Under the pieces are notes generated by a model that saw only the letters and a program-made list of their open reading frames with translations, ran no database searches and was not told the DNA's origin. This document shows positions 25,748 through 35,264 of a DNA stretch of 42,847 nucleotides, in pieces. Position 1 is the first letter of the stretch, and each line of letters opens with the position of its first letter. Location of the stretch: the IMG/VR virus record IMGVR_UViG_3300021446_000309. One strand, written 5' to 3'. The position numbers and the translations under genes were made by a program. This DNA comes from a virus.

Positions 25748-26236
25748 ATGGCTTCCATCGTCACTCGCGAGGCGTCCTCCATCGCACGCGAAACCCAAGA
25801 TGCGCTGGTCGCACGCGACATTCAGGGTCTCGCGTTCGTCGCACTCTCGGCGGCAGCCGGTGTCGTCGTCGCACAGGAGATCGCAGACCGCGTGCTCCCG
25901 CTCCTCGGCTTCAGTCGTGAGCCGACGACTTCGAGCGGCTTCGCCGTCTCCGGTCTCGTGAAGTTCGTCGTCGCACTCGGTGCGGGCGTCGCGGCGACGT
26001 CGCTCTCGGGCGCAGCACTCGCCGTCGTCGCCTTCGTCGGTCTCGGGCATCTCGCCGGAGCCGGCGCAGACGCGTTCAACGCCATCCAGCGAACGGGCTT
26101 CTTCGCGGAAGCACCGTCGATGGGCGGCAACGAACAGACGGCGACCCGCACCCGAGCGGCGAACACGGCGCGACAGCAGTCGCAGCCGACCGCCGCGAGC
26201 GGGGCAGACGGCACGGCGACGGTGCAGGTCGGGTAA
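25748..26236 (+). CDS. Gly/Ala-rich multi-pass membrane protein, candidate internal-membrane virion protein
   Basis: Three to four hydrophobic segments; immediately precedes the putative capsid gene. Confidence 0.7.
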   Translation: MASIVTREASSIARETQDALVARDIQGLAFVALSAAAGVVVAQEIADRVLPLLGFSREPTTSSGFAVSGLVKFVVALGAGVAATSLSGAALAVVAFVGLGHLAGAGADAFNAIQRTGFFAEAPSMGGNEQTATRTRAANTARQQSQPTAASGADGTATVQVG

Positions 26237-26337
26237 CGCACCCACCGACACCACTGCTCGCCTTCTGAACGCGTCGGACTGGAACGTATCCGACGTACAC
26301 CATCAACTGCGCGGAAACGCACACACATCACATCAAC

Positions 26338-27546
26338 ATGAGCACAAACGGTAACGGCGGCTCCCCCGGTCCAGCTGGACAAGCTGGAACGAACGTGGCC
26401 GTCCCTGACACAATCGACTTCGTATACGAGGTCGGGACCGATGGCAACATCGCCCCGAATCAGATCGTTCGCGGTGAGGACGACTACACACTCGTCGACG
26501 GAGACCCACAGACAGATACCAACGAAGTGATGGAGGTGTTCAAAGTCGAGATCGACCCGGCTGAGGACACCACCACCACCCCCAACAGTCTGTCCACAGT
26601 CGATTCGATCCGGCTGTGGAACGGCGATTCGTACTACGATCACGTCCGGTTCCGCGAGTTCCAGTCGCGGCTGTTCGGTCCCACCGAGAACAACAGCACG
26701 CCGATGCTCGGACAGCCGGTACTCGCCGGGACGAACAACCCCGCGAGCGATCCCATCGGAACCGCGACGCCGAAGTACGGTCCCTCGGAGACCATCACGC
26801 CGGCCATCATCAACGACGGCACGGCGATCTCCGAAGGGACGTTCACGATCCGCTTCCACGTCTACCGCTGGAAGGGGTCGAACGCCGAGTTCGTGGACTT
26901 CTTCAACGACGTCTACGGTCGCACGTCGTTCCAGCAGAACATCTCGTTCTCCAACCCGTACACGGGCGAGTCGCAGACCTACACGCGATCCGATCCGGCG
27001 AACATCGCAGAGGGAACCTCCGAGTCAACGCTCGGAGCCTTCACGAAGCTGGCTGGCGGCGTGAACCAGTCACTTCCGAAGGTCTATCCGTGGGTCACAC
27101 ACGCCGAGAACGGCAACGACACCCGCCCCAACCGGGAGTACGAGTTCACCACGCGGAACGGCAACGTCGCCAACCAGTACGAGCGACTGGAGTTCGACTA
27201 CACCGACCGCGAGAACGCCGTTCTGTTCGAGCACATCGCTGTCCAGCAGAACAGCGACCTCGACAGCGGGACGTTCGTCGTCGAGGAGCGCGATGAGGAC
27301 CCGGACGTCAATCTCGGGTCCGGCGTGCGCCACGAGCTGCCGCTGCTTCGCGATCCGGACGACACGAGTACGGTCGAGGAGTTCGACGCCGGGCAGGTCC
27401 CGGTCTCGGTCGCAGACCGCTTCAACTCCAAGCAGGCGATCTGGAGCGACGGCGGTGGGTTCCGCGTCATGGACGACGGGACCAGTATCCCGGCTGGCGA
27501 CATCCTGATCGGTGTCCACGGTCGGAAGCTCGAACTCACGACGTAA
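26338..27546 (+). CDS. Putative major capsid protein, probably a (double) jelly-roll
   Basis: 402 aa; beta-strand pattern throughout, no TM; strongly C/G-ending codons; position after a membrane protein and before a T-tract. The mid-protein TFTIRFHVYR...LPKVY segment recalls a DJR inter-domain region. Fold not verified. Confidence 0.6.
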   Translation: MSTNGNGGSPGPAGQAGTNVAVPDTIDFVYEVGTDGNIAPNQIVRGEDDYTLVDGDPQTDTNEVMEVFKVEIDPAEDTTTTPNSLSTVDSIRLWNGDSYYDHVRFREFQSRLFGPTENNSTPMLGQPVLAGTNNPASDPIGTATPKYGPSETITPAIINDGTAISEGTFTIRFHVYRWKGSNAEFVDFFNDVYGRTSFQQNISFSNPYTGESQTYTRSDPANIAEGTSESTLGAFTKLAGGVNQSLPKVYPWVTHAENGNDTRPNREYEFTTRNGNVANQYERLEFDYTDRENAVLFEHIAVQQNSDLDSGTFVVEERDEDPDVNLGSGVRHELPLLRDPDDTSTVEEFDAGQVPVSVADRFNSKQAIWSDGGGFRVMDDGTSIPAGDILIGVHGRKLELTT

Positions 27547-27554
27547 CCCGCTAC

Positions 27555-27572
27555 AGCCCCTTCGTTTTTTGC
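27555..27572 (+). terminator. Pyrimidine/T-tract after the capsid gene
   Basis: GCCCCTTCGTTTTTTG just after the stop; may double as the TATA for 27596. Confidence 0.5.
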
Positions 27573-27595
27573 CGCGTGCGCCCACAGCGAGTAGC

Positions 27596-27793
27596 ATGGC
27601 GTCCAACAGCTTCCATCGCGGCGACCGCGTTCGTGTCACTGATCCCGAGACCGGCGAGACAACTGTCGCGACCGTCCATCGTGCTGATGACGGATACTCC
27701 CCCCGGATTCAGTACGGCAACAACCAGTACGACCGCGCCGAGCCGACGACGCTCACGATCATCGAGGAGACCGACGACGACGAGACCGAGTAG
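27596..27793 (+). CDS. Small SH3/KOW-like beta protein
   Basis: FHRGDRVRVTDPETGETTVATV pattern. Confidence 0.6.
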   Translation: MASNSFHRGDRVRVTDPETGETTVATVHRADDGYSPRIQYGNNQYDRAEPTTLTIIEETDDDETE

Positions 27794-27856
27794 CGGCAGA
27801 TTTCCCGCGTTCTCCGGGCAACGACTTTAGCCTGTGCTACGCAACCAACGGGTAGA

Positions 27857-28948
27857 ATGACAATCAGTAGCGAATACACGCCGCTCTCGCGTGTGGCACT
27901 GGCCCCGATCCGCGCGGTCGCGGCTGATGCGTTCGACCTGCCGGGGAACGACTCGCGAACCATCCTCGACCAGCAATTCCCCCGGTCACAGGCCGTGTTC
28001 CCGACACGGATCGGCGCACGACCGGACGACGGGGTGCGTGTCACCGTCGAATCTACCCGAAAGACAGAGCGCGGCGAAACGAGCGAGACGGTGGACGTCG
28101 AATCTACCGCGCTCACCGCCCTCGACGAGCCAGTCGATGCCGGCCCCGCCGCAACCGAACGGCTTCAACTGGAGGTATCGAATCGGAGCGGACAGGACTA
28201 CACGACGGCTGCGGCTGGTGTCAGCCCGTATCAGACGTTCACTGAGTACGAGGTTCGCCAGCCGACCGTCCTCGACAAGCTCCGGCGGAACATCCCGCTC
28301 ACGCAGCGCGAGCAGCAGCTTGCAGAGCAGTTCGACCTCTCGATGCGCGAGCGACTCCACATCCCACTCGATGAGGGCGACTACTTCGAGCCGACACTCA
28401 GCGGCAAAAGCGTCATCGAGACGGATGCCGAGACAGCGACCCTCGATCTCCCCGGCGAGGGCGCGACCGCCGCCACGCCCGTCGTGAACGAGACGGTACG
28501 CGGTGAGGAAGTCCTCTACGTCACCGGTGTACGCATCAACGGCGACGACTACGCGCCGTCTGCCGACCCGACGGTCGTGTTCACTCGTGGTGAGACGGAC
28601 GAGTTCTACCGGCTGAAGGCGTCTGGCCTCCCGTCGAACCCGTTCGAGGCCGACCTGCACCTGCCGTTCCTGCGAAGTGCGAACGTCGCCGTCTACGCTG
28701 AATCGTCTATCAACGCCGTCGACGTCGTGATCGAGACGGCGCGCGTCCGGCGGAACCTCCCCGAGAAGGCGCTGTACGGGCTGAAGAACGAAGTGCAGTC
28801 GAACGACAGCCTCTCGGAGCAGCGCGCCCGCATCTACACGGAACTGCGCGAGCGACTGCGCGCAGGGGTGTCCATCCAGCCGGCACTCGACCGCCTCGGT
28901 GACGCGACCACCAGCAGCACACCGGCAACACGACCACAGTCACGATGA
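27857..28948 (+). CDS. Second capsid-like protein with two repeated beta domains
   Basis: 363 aa; both halves end in similar motifs (EYEVRQPTVLDKLRRNIPL / ETARVRRNLPEKALYGL). Confidence 0.5.
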   Translation: MTISSEYTPLSRVALAPIRAVAADAFDLPGNDSRTILDQQFPRSQAVFPTRIGARPDDGVRVTVESTRKTERGETSETVDVESTALTALDEPVDAGPAATERLQLEVSNRSGQDYTTAAAGVSPYQTFTEYEVRQPTVLDKLRRNIPLTQREQQLAEQFDLSMRERLHIPLDEGDYFEPTLSGKSVIETDAETATLDLPGEGATAATPVVNETVRGEEVLYVTGVRINGDDYAPSADPTVVFTRGETDEFYRLKASGLPSNPFEADLHLPFLRSANVAVYAESSINAVDVVIETARVRRNLPEKALYGLKNEVQSNDSLSEQRARIYTELRERLRAGVSIQPALDRLGDATTSSTPATRPQSR

Positions 28949-29637
28949 GTGGGAGCGAACAACCGCGACTCGGGAGCGTCGTCGAGGAAGCCCGCGAGCT
29001 GCTGGCCTACCCGTTCGAGGCCGATGAGCGGAATGATATGCAACTCGAACTGCTGCGACAACAGACCGAACTCCTCACCGAGATCGGCGCGCAACTCGGC
29101 GGGCAACAGCAGACCACCGGCCCATCCACGGTTCCCCGTAGTGGTGGTAGCAGCGGGAGCGGAAACCGGAGTCGGGTCGGCGGCGTCCAGCGAGTCAGCG
29201 GCGACACGTTCGTCTACCGTGGCGAGGAGTACGCCGTCCCGTCCGTGGTGGATCGTGGAGACGCCATCGCGACGTCGAACCAGTCCTACTCCACCGCCAC
29301 CGATACATACGAGAACGAAGGCGCGAGCGTCGATGCCGGAGAGCGGAAGCTGGCTGCCGCCGTGGAGACGACCGGGCGTGAGGTGTTCCTTCTGCGTGCG
29401 ACGAACGCCACGCTCCACTCTACGATTCGGTACGAATACGTGTTCAACGATGCCGCTGCACCCGACCCTGCACTGTCTGGCTCGACACCGTGGGCGACGC
29501 CGCCGGACCTCTACACCGTCGGGTCACCGTTCGTCCTCGTCGAGGATTCAGTCGAACTCTACCTGAACGAACAGAGTGGGAACACCGAATACGACGAGAC
29601 AGCGGGCGCACTGATCGGCGTTCGCGTGGAGGTATAG
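28945..29637 (+). CDS. Penton/vertex-like protein (C-terminal single beta-sandwich)
   Basis: N-terminal helix, G/S linker and a beta-rich C-terminal domain. Confidence 0.45.
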   Translation: MSGSEQPRLGSVVEEARELLAYPFEADERNDMQLELLRQQTELLTEIGAQLGGQQQTTGPSTVPRSGGSSGSGNRSRVGGVQRVSGDTFVYRGEEYAVPSVVDRGDAIATSNQSYSTATDTYENEGASVDAGERKLAAAVETTGREVFLLRATNATLHSTIRYEYVFNDAAAPDPALSGSTPWATPPDLYTVGSPFVLVEDSVELYLNEQSGNTEYDETAGALIGVRVEV

Positions 29638-29641
29638 CACG

Positions 29642-30061
29642 ATGGCGCTCGGTGCTGGACTACTGGAAGGCGCGCGCGTCTCGAAGCTCGTCGGTATCCG
29701 CCCCGACGACTTCGCCTACCAATCGCACTCCGGGCTGGTCTTCCACCCGCAGGACGAGAACAACACCGGCAACATCCCGTTCTACGAGGTGACAGCGGCA
29801 GGGGACAGCATCACCGTCGATCTCGCGGCAGCTGTTCGTGAGTTCGACAGTCCGGCCCTCCAACTCAACTTCGTGTTCGGATCAACGAGCTTCACCGTAC
29901 AGAACGCCGCTGGACAGACGGTGGTCGATGAGCTATCCGGTTTCGACACCGACAACTTCCATGCCTCACTCGCTGCGACAGACAAGGAACTCACGGTGAC
30001 GTCGTTCGACGATACGACGGCTGGCCTCTACGCGTTCCAGCTCGTCTACGATCAGGAGTAG
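29642..30061 (+). CDS. Small beta-rich structural protein, paralog A
   Basis: GIRP...HPQDENNTGNIPFYE shared with 30157-30558. Confidence 0.7.
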   Translation: MALGAGLLEGARVSKLVGIRPDDFAYQSHSGLVFHPQDENNTGNIPFYEVTAAGDSITVDLAAAVREFDSPALQLNFVFGSTSFTVQNAAGQTVVDELSGFDTDNFHASLAATDKELTVTSFDDTTAGLYAFQLVYDQE

Positions 30062-30156
30062 TCCGGCGCGCGACGGGGAAATTCTGCGTCGGACAACCGG
30101 CAGGTTTGCAGGGTACGAGGACGGACGACTAAGGGCACGGACACACGAGTAGCAGT

Positions 30157-30558
30157 ATGCTCATCGGCATTCGACCGCAAGACGAGGCGTACTACGGCTC
30201 CGACGGCGTTGTCTACCACCCACAGGACGAGAACAACACCGGCAACATCCCGTTCTACGAGATTACCGACACAGCCGACTCTATCGAGTTCGATCTCACC
30301 GGCCACCTCGGAGGTCTCGACACGCCTATCGCTGTCTTACACACGGCGTTCGGCACGACTGACTTCGATCTACGCGACCGCGAGACCGACGATGCGATCA
30401 TCTCCGAGCAGTCCGGCTTCGATCAGGATACGTGGATCGTCGATCTCTCCGGCACGTCCGGACGGTACGAACTCACGCAGTTCGACACGACGAACGGCGT
30501 CGATGGAACACAGGCCGGCTGGCAGGCGTACATAACGCTCCTCGGCGCGGAGACGTAG
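30157..30558 (+). CDS. Small beta-rich structural protein, paralog B
   Basis: Same motif as 29642-30061; has its own promoter. Confidence 0.7.
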   Translation: MLIGIRPQDEAYYGSDGVVYHPQDENNTGNIPFYEITDTADSIEFDLTGHLGGLDTPIAVLHTAFGTTDFDLRDRETDDAIISEQSGFDQDTWIVDLSGTSGRYELTQFDTTNGVDGTQAGWQAYITLLGAET

Positions 30559-30631
30559 CCCCAGATGGTATAGTCGGGGGAATTGCCGGAAGTGACCAAA
30601 CTGCTTTGTGAGCGCGCGCTCTCGGACGCCT

Positions 30632-31534
30632 ATGGGCAATGAGTCACCAGAGACCGCGCTCGATAACCGACTCTCCGAGGTAGAAACCGCTATCGTCTAC
30701 GTCGAAACCCCGGCTGGTCGGAACGTGCCACTCCGCGTCGACGGTGAAGGCCGGCTCGTGACGAACCTCGATGCAGCCACGCTGCTCGAAACCGATCTTC
30801 AGGAAATCGGTGGGCAGCCACAGTCAGGCGTGGACGTCGCCGCACGGATCGACGCGCTCGTGGCTGCACTCGTCTCGAACGGTGGGGATGCACTGCGAAT
30901 CAGTTCACCAGCTCCGCTCGACGTCTCAAGTTCGGAGGTGGACGTCAATCTCACAACACAGACAGCATCACCGCTCACGATTACCGACGACGGCAGTCTC
31001 GCCGTCGCGTCGCTTCCAGAGCCACTCGACGTTTCGAGCGCAGAGGTGGACGTCGATCTAAACACACAGACGCTCGGGGCAGTCACGGTGACAGATGATG
31101 GGAGTCTCGTGCTGGATGCCGCGAATCAGTCCACACTCCCCGTGGAGCAGCAGTCCCCGGTCGGGATCGAGGACTCCACCGGTACACAGACTGACCCCGC
31201 TATCGCGACCGCGTACCTCGACTACCAGAACACCGGGTACGATCTGATCGCGTCCGGTGATCTCGTTATCGGCCCCAGTGCGGTCGAACGCGGGACAGCC
31301 GTCGTCATCGCCGCGTCGTCGGTAGACAACAACGCGTTCTCTGTCTCTGTCCAGTGGGAAGACGGGTCTGGAAACGTGTTTCAGAGCGAGAGTGCCGCAG
31401 ATATAGGCCTCGATAACGTCACCGAGGACTACGCTCGGCTGGTCCGGAAGGCTCCACAGGTTGAACTCACCATCACCGACGAGTCCGGGGCTGCACAGAA
31501 CAACATCAACATCCATACCGACACGGAGCGGTGA
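30632..31534 (+). CDS. Spike/fibre-like protein with a 36-aa tandem repeat and C-terminal beta domain
   Basis: PLDVSSSEVDVNL...TDDGSL occurs twice. Confidence 0.6.
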   Translation: MGNESPETALDNRLSEVETAIVYVETPAGRNVPLRVDGEGRLVTNLDAATLLETDLQEIGGQPQSGVDVAARIDALVAALVSNGGDALRISSPAPLDVSSSEVDVNLTTQTASPLTITDDGSLAVASLPEPLDVSSAEVDVDLNTQTLGAVTVTDDGSLVLDAANQSTLPVEQQSPVGIEDSTGTQTDPAIATAYLDYQNTGYDLIASGDLVIGPSAVERGTAVVIAASSVDNNAFSVSVQWEDGSGNVFQSESAADIGLDNVTEDYARLVRKAPQVELTITDESGAAQNNINIHTDTER

Positions 31535-31540
31535 GCACTG

Positions 31541-32860
31541 ATGCCCTACGATCAAATCGCGAACATCGGAACGCCGGCTGGCGGGCAGGTATCCGATACA
31601 CCCTACCGCGCCCGTAAGACCGCCCCACAGACAGTCCAGTTCTCCATCGACCCCGACTTCCCACTCTCGAAGAAGCGGTGGTTCTACGCCTCGAATGGAA
31701 CGGCGTTCGATGCGACCAACTTCGACGGACGTCCGGGCGAGATACGGCTCTCAACGACGGCCACCGGGAGCGACACCGCCCGACTCCGAACGGCGATCTC
31801 CGGCGAGTACGTCTCTCACGCGCTCGCAGAGCCGGGGCAAGCCGTCCGTATCCCGACAGACCATCTCGACTACCGAACGAACGGCGGTGTGCAACTGACA
31901 CACGGGCGCATCATTTGGGGTGCGTTCACCTACGATGCTGCTACGAACAGCATCGAGAACGGCTTAGGACTGGTGATCGACAACAACGGTATCTCGGCGT
32001 TCCTCCGCAAGAACTCGGCTCACGTCAGTAACTCACCAGTGCAACAGGAAGACTGGAATCTCACCACCGTACTCGATCCCGGCGAAGGGGGCGGTACACT
32101 GTCACTGCAAGACGGACTGACGTGGAACGAGCCGTACACATGGTACAACGCGAATCCGCTGACCATCGGCTACGTCGACGCGCAACTCGACCGCCTCCGC
32201 CCGGTTCACCAGTTTCGTCCGGAGACGTCTCCCACGATGGGGACGCCGAATCTTCCGATTCAGTTCGTCGTTGAGAATCAGGGAACCGCCGACCCGCTGG
32301 AGCTGTTCACCGGCGGTGTCCAGTACAGCACGTTCGGCGCGTCACCGGAAGCGCGGAATATCCGGCGTACAGTCACCGGACGCAGTACGTCGAACAGCTT
32401 CATCAACACCGCAGCCGTCGCGAACAACAACGCAGTCGATCCGTTCGCTGAAGCCGGTGTCCCGCTACTCGCCGTCCGTCGTCGAGGGAGACAGACGATG
32501 CCGCTCAACACAGAGAGCTTCGAGATACGGCCAACGAACGACATCTACGCGTTTGTGTGGGACGAGTACGACGAGGGGGCTGCCCTCACCGGCGCGAACT
32601 TCAGACAGCCACACGGCGACAACACAGGCGTTGAGAGCCAAGTCGAAGTCGATACAGAGGCGACGGCGTACGCACCGGGGACAGCTGTCTTACGCGAGGT
32701 AATTCCCCTTCGCGGCGGTGACACTGTTCCAATCGAGTTCGCTGATGACCGGACTGGAAACGATGTACCTGATCGGGCTGCAAGACTTGTGACGGCGGTT
32801 CATCGTGGAAGCGGCTGTGATGTTGACCCGATTCGTGCGCGGCTGACTGAGGGATACTAA
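31541..32860 (+). CDS. Concanavalin/lectin-like virion protein
   Basis: 439 aa, beta-rich; ...QEDWN...YTWY...HQF...PNLPIQFVVEN resembles a widespread viral beta-sandwich protein. Confidence 0.5.
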   Translation: MPYDQIANIGTPAGGQVSDTPYRARKTAPQTVQFSIDPDFPLSKKRWFYASNGTAFDATNFDGRPGEIRLSTTATGSDTARLRTAISGEYVSHALAEPGQAVRIPTDHLDYRTNGGVQLTHGRIIWGAFTYDAATNSIENGLGLVIDNNGISAFLRKNSAHVSNSPVQQEDWNLTTVLDPGEGGGTLSLQDGLTWNEPYTWYNANPLTIGYVDAQLDRLRPVHQFRPETSPTMGTPNLPIQFVVENQGTADPLELFTGGVQYSTFGASPEARNIRRTVTGRSTSNSFINTAAVANNNAVDPFAEAGVPLLAVRRRGRQTMPLNTESFEIRPTNDIYAFVWDEYDEGAALTGANFRQPHGDNTGVESQVEVDTEATAYAPGTAVLREVIPLRGGDTVPIEFADDRTGNDVPDRAARLVTAVHRGSGCDVDPIRARLTEGY

Positions 32861-32919
32861 CGGCAGTCTACCACGGGAAACTGGCACACAGTAATAGTAT
32901 TCCAGCGTAAAATAGCAGT

Positions 32920-33900
32920 ATGGCACAAGAGAGAGTTCCGCAGTCTCCGAAAGTAGGCTCCAAACAGGGATATACATGGGGCGACGAACCCGCGAGATTA
33001 GAAGATCGGCTAAGTTACACAGCTGTTGCGTCCACCGACTCGAAACTCTATATTGTCGGTGGTCGGTCGGTAGCGCGCAATGATCCAACGCCGTTAGTAC
33101 AACGGTACGATCCCGCCGATAACACGGTGGAAACACTACAACAGATGTCGACAGATCGAGAGCGGGCGGCTGTCGGAGTTATTGATGGTAAAATCTACGC
33201 CGTCGGTGGATTCAGCGGCGGTTTCCCACGTTGGAAGGACGTACTGGAGCGGTATGATCCTGACAGCGACTCATGGACCACGCTTGAACCGATGCCGACA
33301 CCGCGAGATGGACTATCTGCTGAGGTTATCGACGGGAAACTGTACGCTATTGGCGGGCGAGACAGTGACAACAACGACTTAGATGTAGTGCGAGTATATG
33401 ATCCGGATAGCGATTCATGGACGACGCGCACCCCCATGTCGAACGCGCGAAAGAAGTTCGCCACGGGTGTCATCGACGGAGAGATATATGTTGCGGGAGG
33501 GGATCAAACCGTATACAGCGACCCCATACAATCGGTAGAACGATACGATCCCAAGAGTGATTCGTGGACGGCGCTGGAACCTATACCAGACCATTCAGAC
33601 GCCTCTAACGGCCCGTACTATCCGTTTGTTCATGGCGGTGCTGTCCTCAACGGAGAGCTGCACACAGTTGGTGGATATAATGCCAGCGAGAGCGATGAAG
33701 CGGATACAAACGTGTCTTCCGTGCAGTCGTACGATCCCACCACAGATAGATGGACAGAGAGACAGGCGTACTCTACCCGTCGTGCCGGTGTTGGAGTTAC
33801 AACAGTGGAGCAGACACTCTATGTCGTTGGTGGATACCCCTTCTACGAAGTTGACACAGAACAAGATGACATCATTTCATACTTCCAGCCGATAGCATAG
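32920..33900 (+). CDS. Kelch-repeat beta-propeller protein
   Basis: Six repeats of the form K(L/I)Y(A/I)(V/I)GG...V(E/Q)(R/S)YDP..(D/N).W. Confidence 0.9.
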   Translation: MAQERVPQSPKVGSKQGYTWGDEPARLEDRLSYTAVASTDSKLYIVGGRSVARNDPTPLVQRYDPADNTVETLQQMSTDRERAAVGVIDGKIYAVGGFSGGFPRWKDVLERYDPDSDSWTTLEPMPTPRDGLSAEVIDGKLYAIGGRDSDNNDLDVVRVYDPDSDSWTTRTPMSNARKKFATGVIDGEIYVAGGDQTVYSDPIQSVERYDPKSDSWTALEPIPDHSDASNGPYYPFVHGGAVLNGELHTVGGYNASESDEADTNVSSVQSYDPTTDRWTERQAYSTRRAGVGVTTVEQTLYVVGGYPFYEVDTEQDDIISYFQPIA

Positions 33901-33959
33901 AGCAATTCGTGTATAGAACTGGAGATTCGGCAAATCGCGGATTATAGCCAACAGATTTA

Positions 33960-33970
33960 CCCCCCCCCCC
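33960..33970 (+). repeat. C11 homopolymer between the TATA-like box and the fibre start codon
   Basis: ATTTA followed by C11, 13 nt before ATG 33984. Confidence 0.85.
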
Positions 33971-33983
33971 GCTATGTGTACGT

Positions 33984-34967
33984 ATGGCACAAAAACGGGT
34001 TCCTCCTGATGCAGTCTCAACCGACCCATTCGAGGCGACGTCGATTAAGTCAGAAGAAGGCGTCACCATCACATCGGATAAGACAATTACCTACGGTCGC
34101 GACCACGGTGCGACTGGTGATGGGAGAAGCGTCGTCATCGGTGTCGGTGCTCGTGCGCTTGCACCTGCGAACGATGTGGATGATCCTAACGGCGGCGATC
34201 CACGAAAAGTCGCTATTGGCTATGAAGCGTCGAAAAACGACGAGGTATTCGGGAGTACAGTAGTTGGGTATCAGGCTGCGCGAGATATTTCATTTAGTTC
34301 ATTCGATTCTGGCAGGTATACAGCAATGGGGTATCAGGCGGCGCAGTATGCTGACAATGAACGGATGGTAGCGGTCGGTTATCAAGCATCAAAAAATAAC
34401 ACTTCTGGAGGTGCTGTCTTTGGGTATAAAGCGGCAGAGGAAAACAGCGGAGGTTCTCTGACAGCGGTAGGAAACTACGCCGCACGGAATAACGCAGGAT
34501 ACCGCGTTACTGCGGTGGGCCGGAGAGCAGCGAATGAGAACACAGTACGGAGTGTCGTTGCAGTCGGGTTTAGCGCAGCAAACCGCAATACAGGTCGGTA
34601 TTCAACGTTGGTCGGAAACAGCGCAGGATACGACAACACAGGAGAGTTTAGCGTAGGGATTGGGTACAATGCGCTGGAGGATAACACTGGAAACTACGTT
34701 ACAGGAATAGGAATGAGTGTGGCAGATGGAGATGGCCTCGATGACACGATGACAATGGGCGACAACAACGTCGCTGTTGGATATAAGGCCATCCAAAATA
34801 ATCAGGCATCGGGTCTCATCGCCATCGGTCAATATGCTGGTCAAGATGCACAGACAGACGATCAGCTCATCATTACGCAACAGGATGGAACTCGCCGGAT
34901 GGTGATGGACCTGACGACCGGCGATTTACAGATCACCGGAACACTCACAGAGAACGCAGCACTCTAA
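33984..34967 (+). CDS. Beta-roll fibre/adhesin (YadA-head-like 14-aa repeats)
   Basis: Many (V/T)A(V/I)GYQA..NNT repeats with about 14-aa period. Confidence 0.75.
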   Translation: MAQKRVPPDAVSTDPFEATSIKSEEGVTITSDKTITYGRDHGATGDGRSVVIGVGARALAPANDVDDPNGGDPRKVAIGYEASKNDEVFGSTVVGYQAARDISFSSFDSGRYTAMGYQAAQYADNERMVAVGYQASKNNTSGGAVFGYKAAEENSGGSLTAVGNYAARNNAGYRVTAVGRRAANENTVRSVVAVGFSAANRNTGRYSTLVGNSAGYDNTGEFSVGIGYNALEDNTGNYVTGIGMSVADGDGLDDTMTMGDNNVAVGYKAIQNNQASGLIAIGQYAGQDAQTDDQLIITQQDGTRRMVMDLTTGDLQITGTLTENAAL

Positions 34968-34979
34968 GCAGATACGACA

Positions 34980-35264
34980 ATGACACAGACACTCACATAC
35001 AGCGGCGAGCAGACCACAGACGTATCGACGACACAGACAGTCATCGAGCAGAGCGTGGAAATACACACCGACGAGACGCCGACCGAAGTCAGCAGTGTCT
35101 CTCTCCGGCTGACTGACGACGGGGACGTCCGAACCATCATCTCGATCAGTGCGACCGGAGAGATCGAGGCACTGGAGGAACTTCGAGCACAGGTCGCACA
35201 GACAGCAGTCGATCTCGGCTTCGAGTCGGACGCAGAGACGCTTGAGGTAGACGTCGAATCATGA
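34980..35264 (+). CDS. Small acidic protein (possible fibre chaperone)
   Basis: 94 aa directly after the fibre gene. Confidence 0.6.
   Translation: MTQTLTYSGEQTTDVSTTQTVIEQSVEIHTDETPTEVSSVSLRLTDDGDVRTIISISATGEIEALEELRAQVAQTAVDLGFESDAETLEVDVES

Noticed and set aside
18834-28948. Walker A-like strings (AAEDGKT in 18834, ATLGSGRS in 19702, TLSGKS in 27857)
   Set aside because: Wrong spacing or missing Lys, no preceding beta-strand or Walker B, and located in linker regions.
29743-30261. 46-nt repeat pair as a DGR template/variable repeat
   Set aside because: No reverse transcriptase, a single synonymous mismatch, and both copies lie in the 5' coding part of genes.
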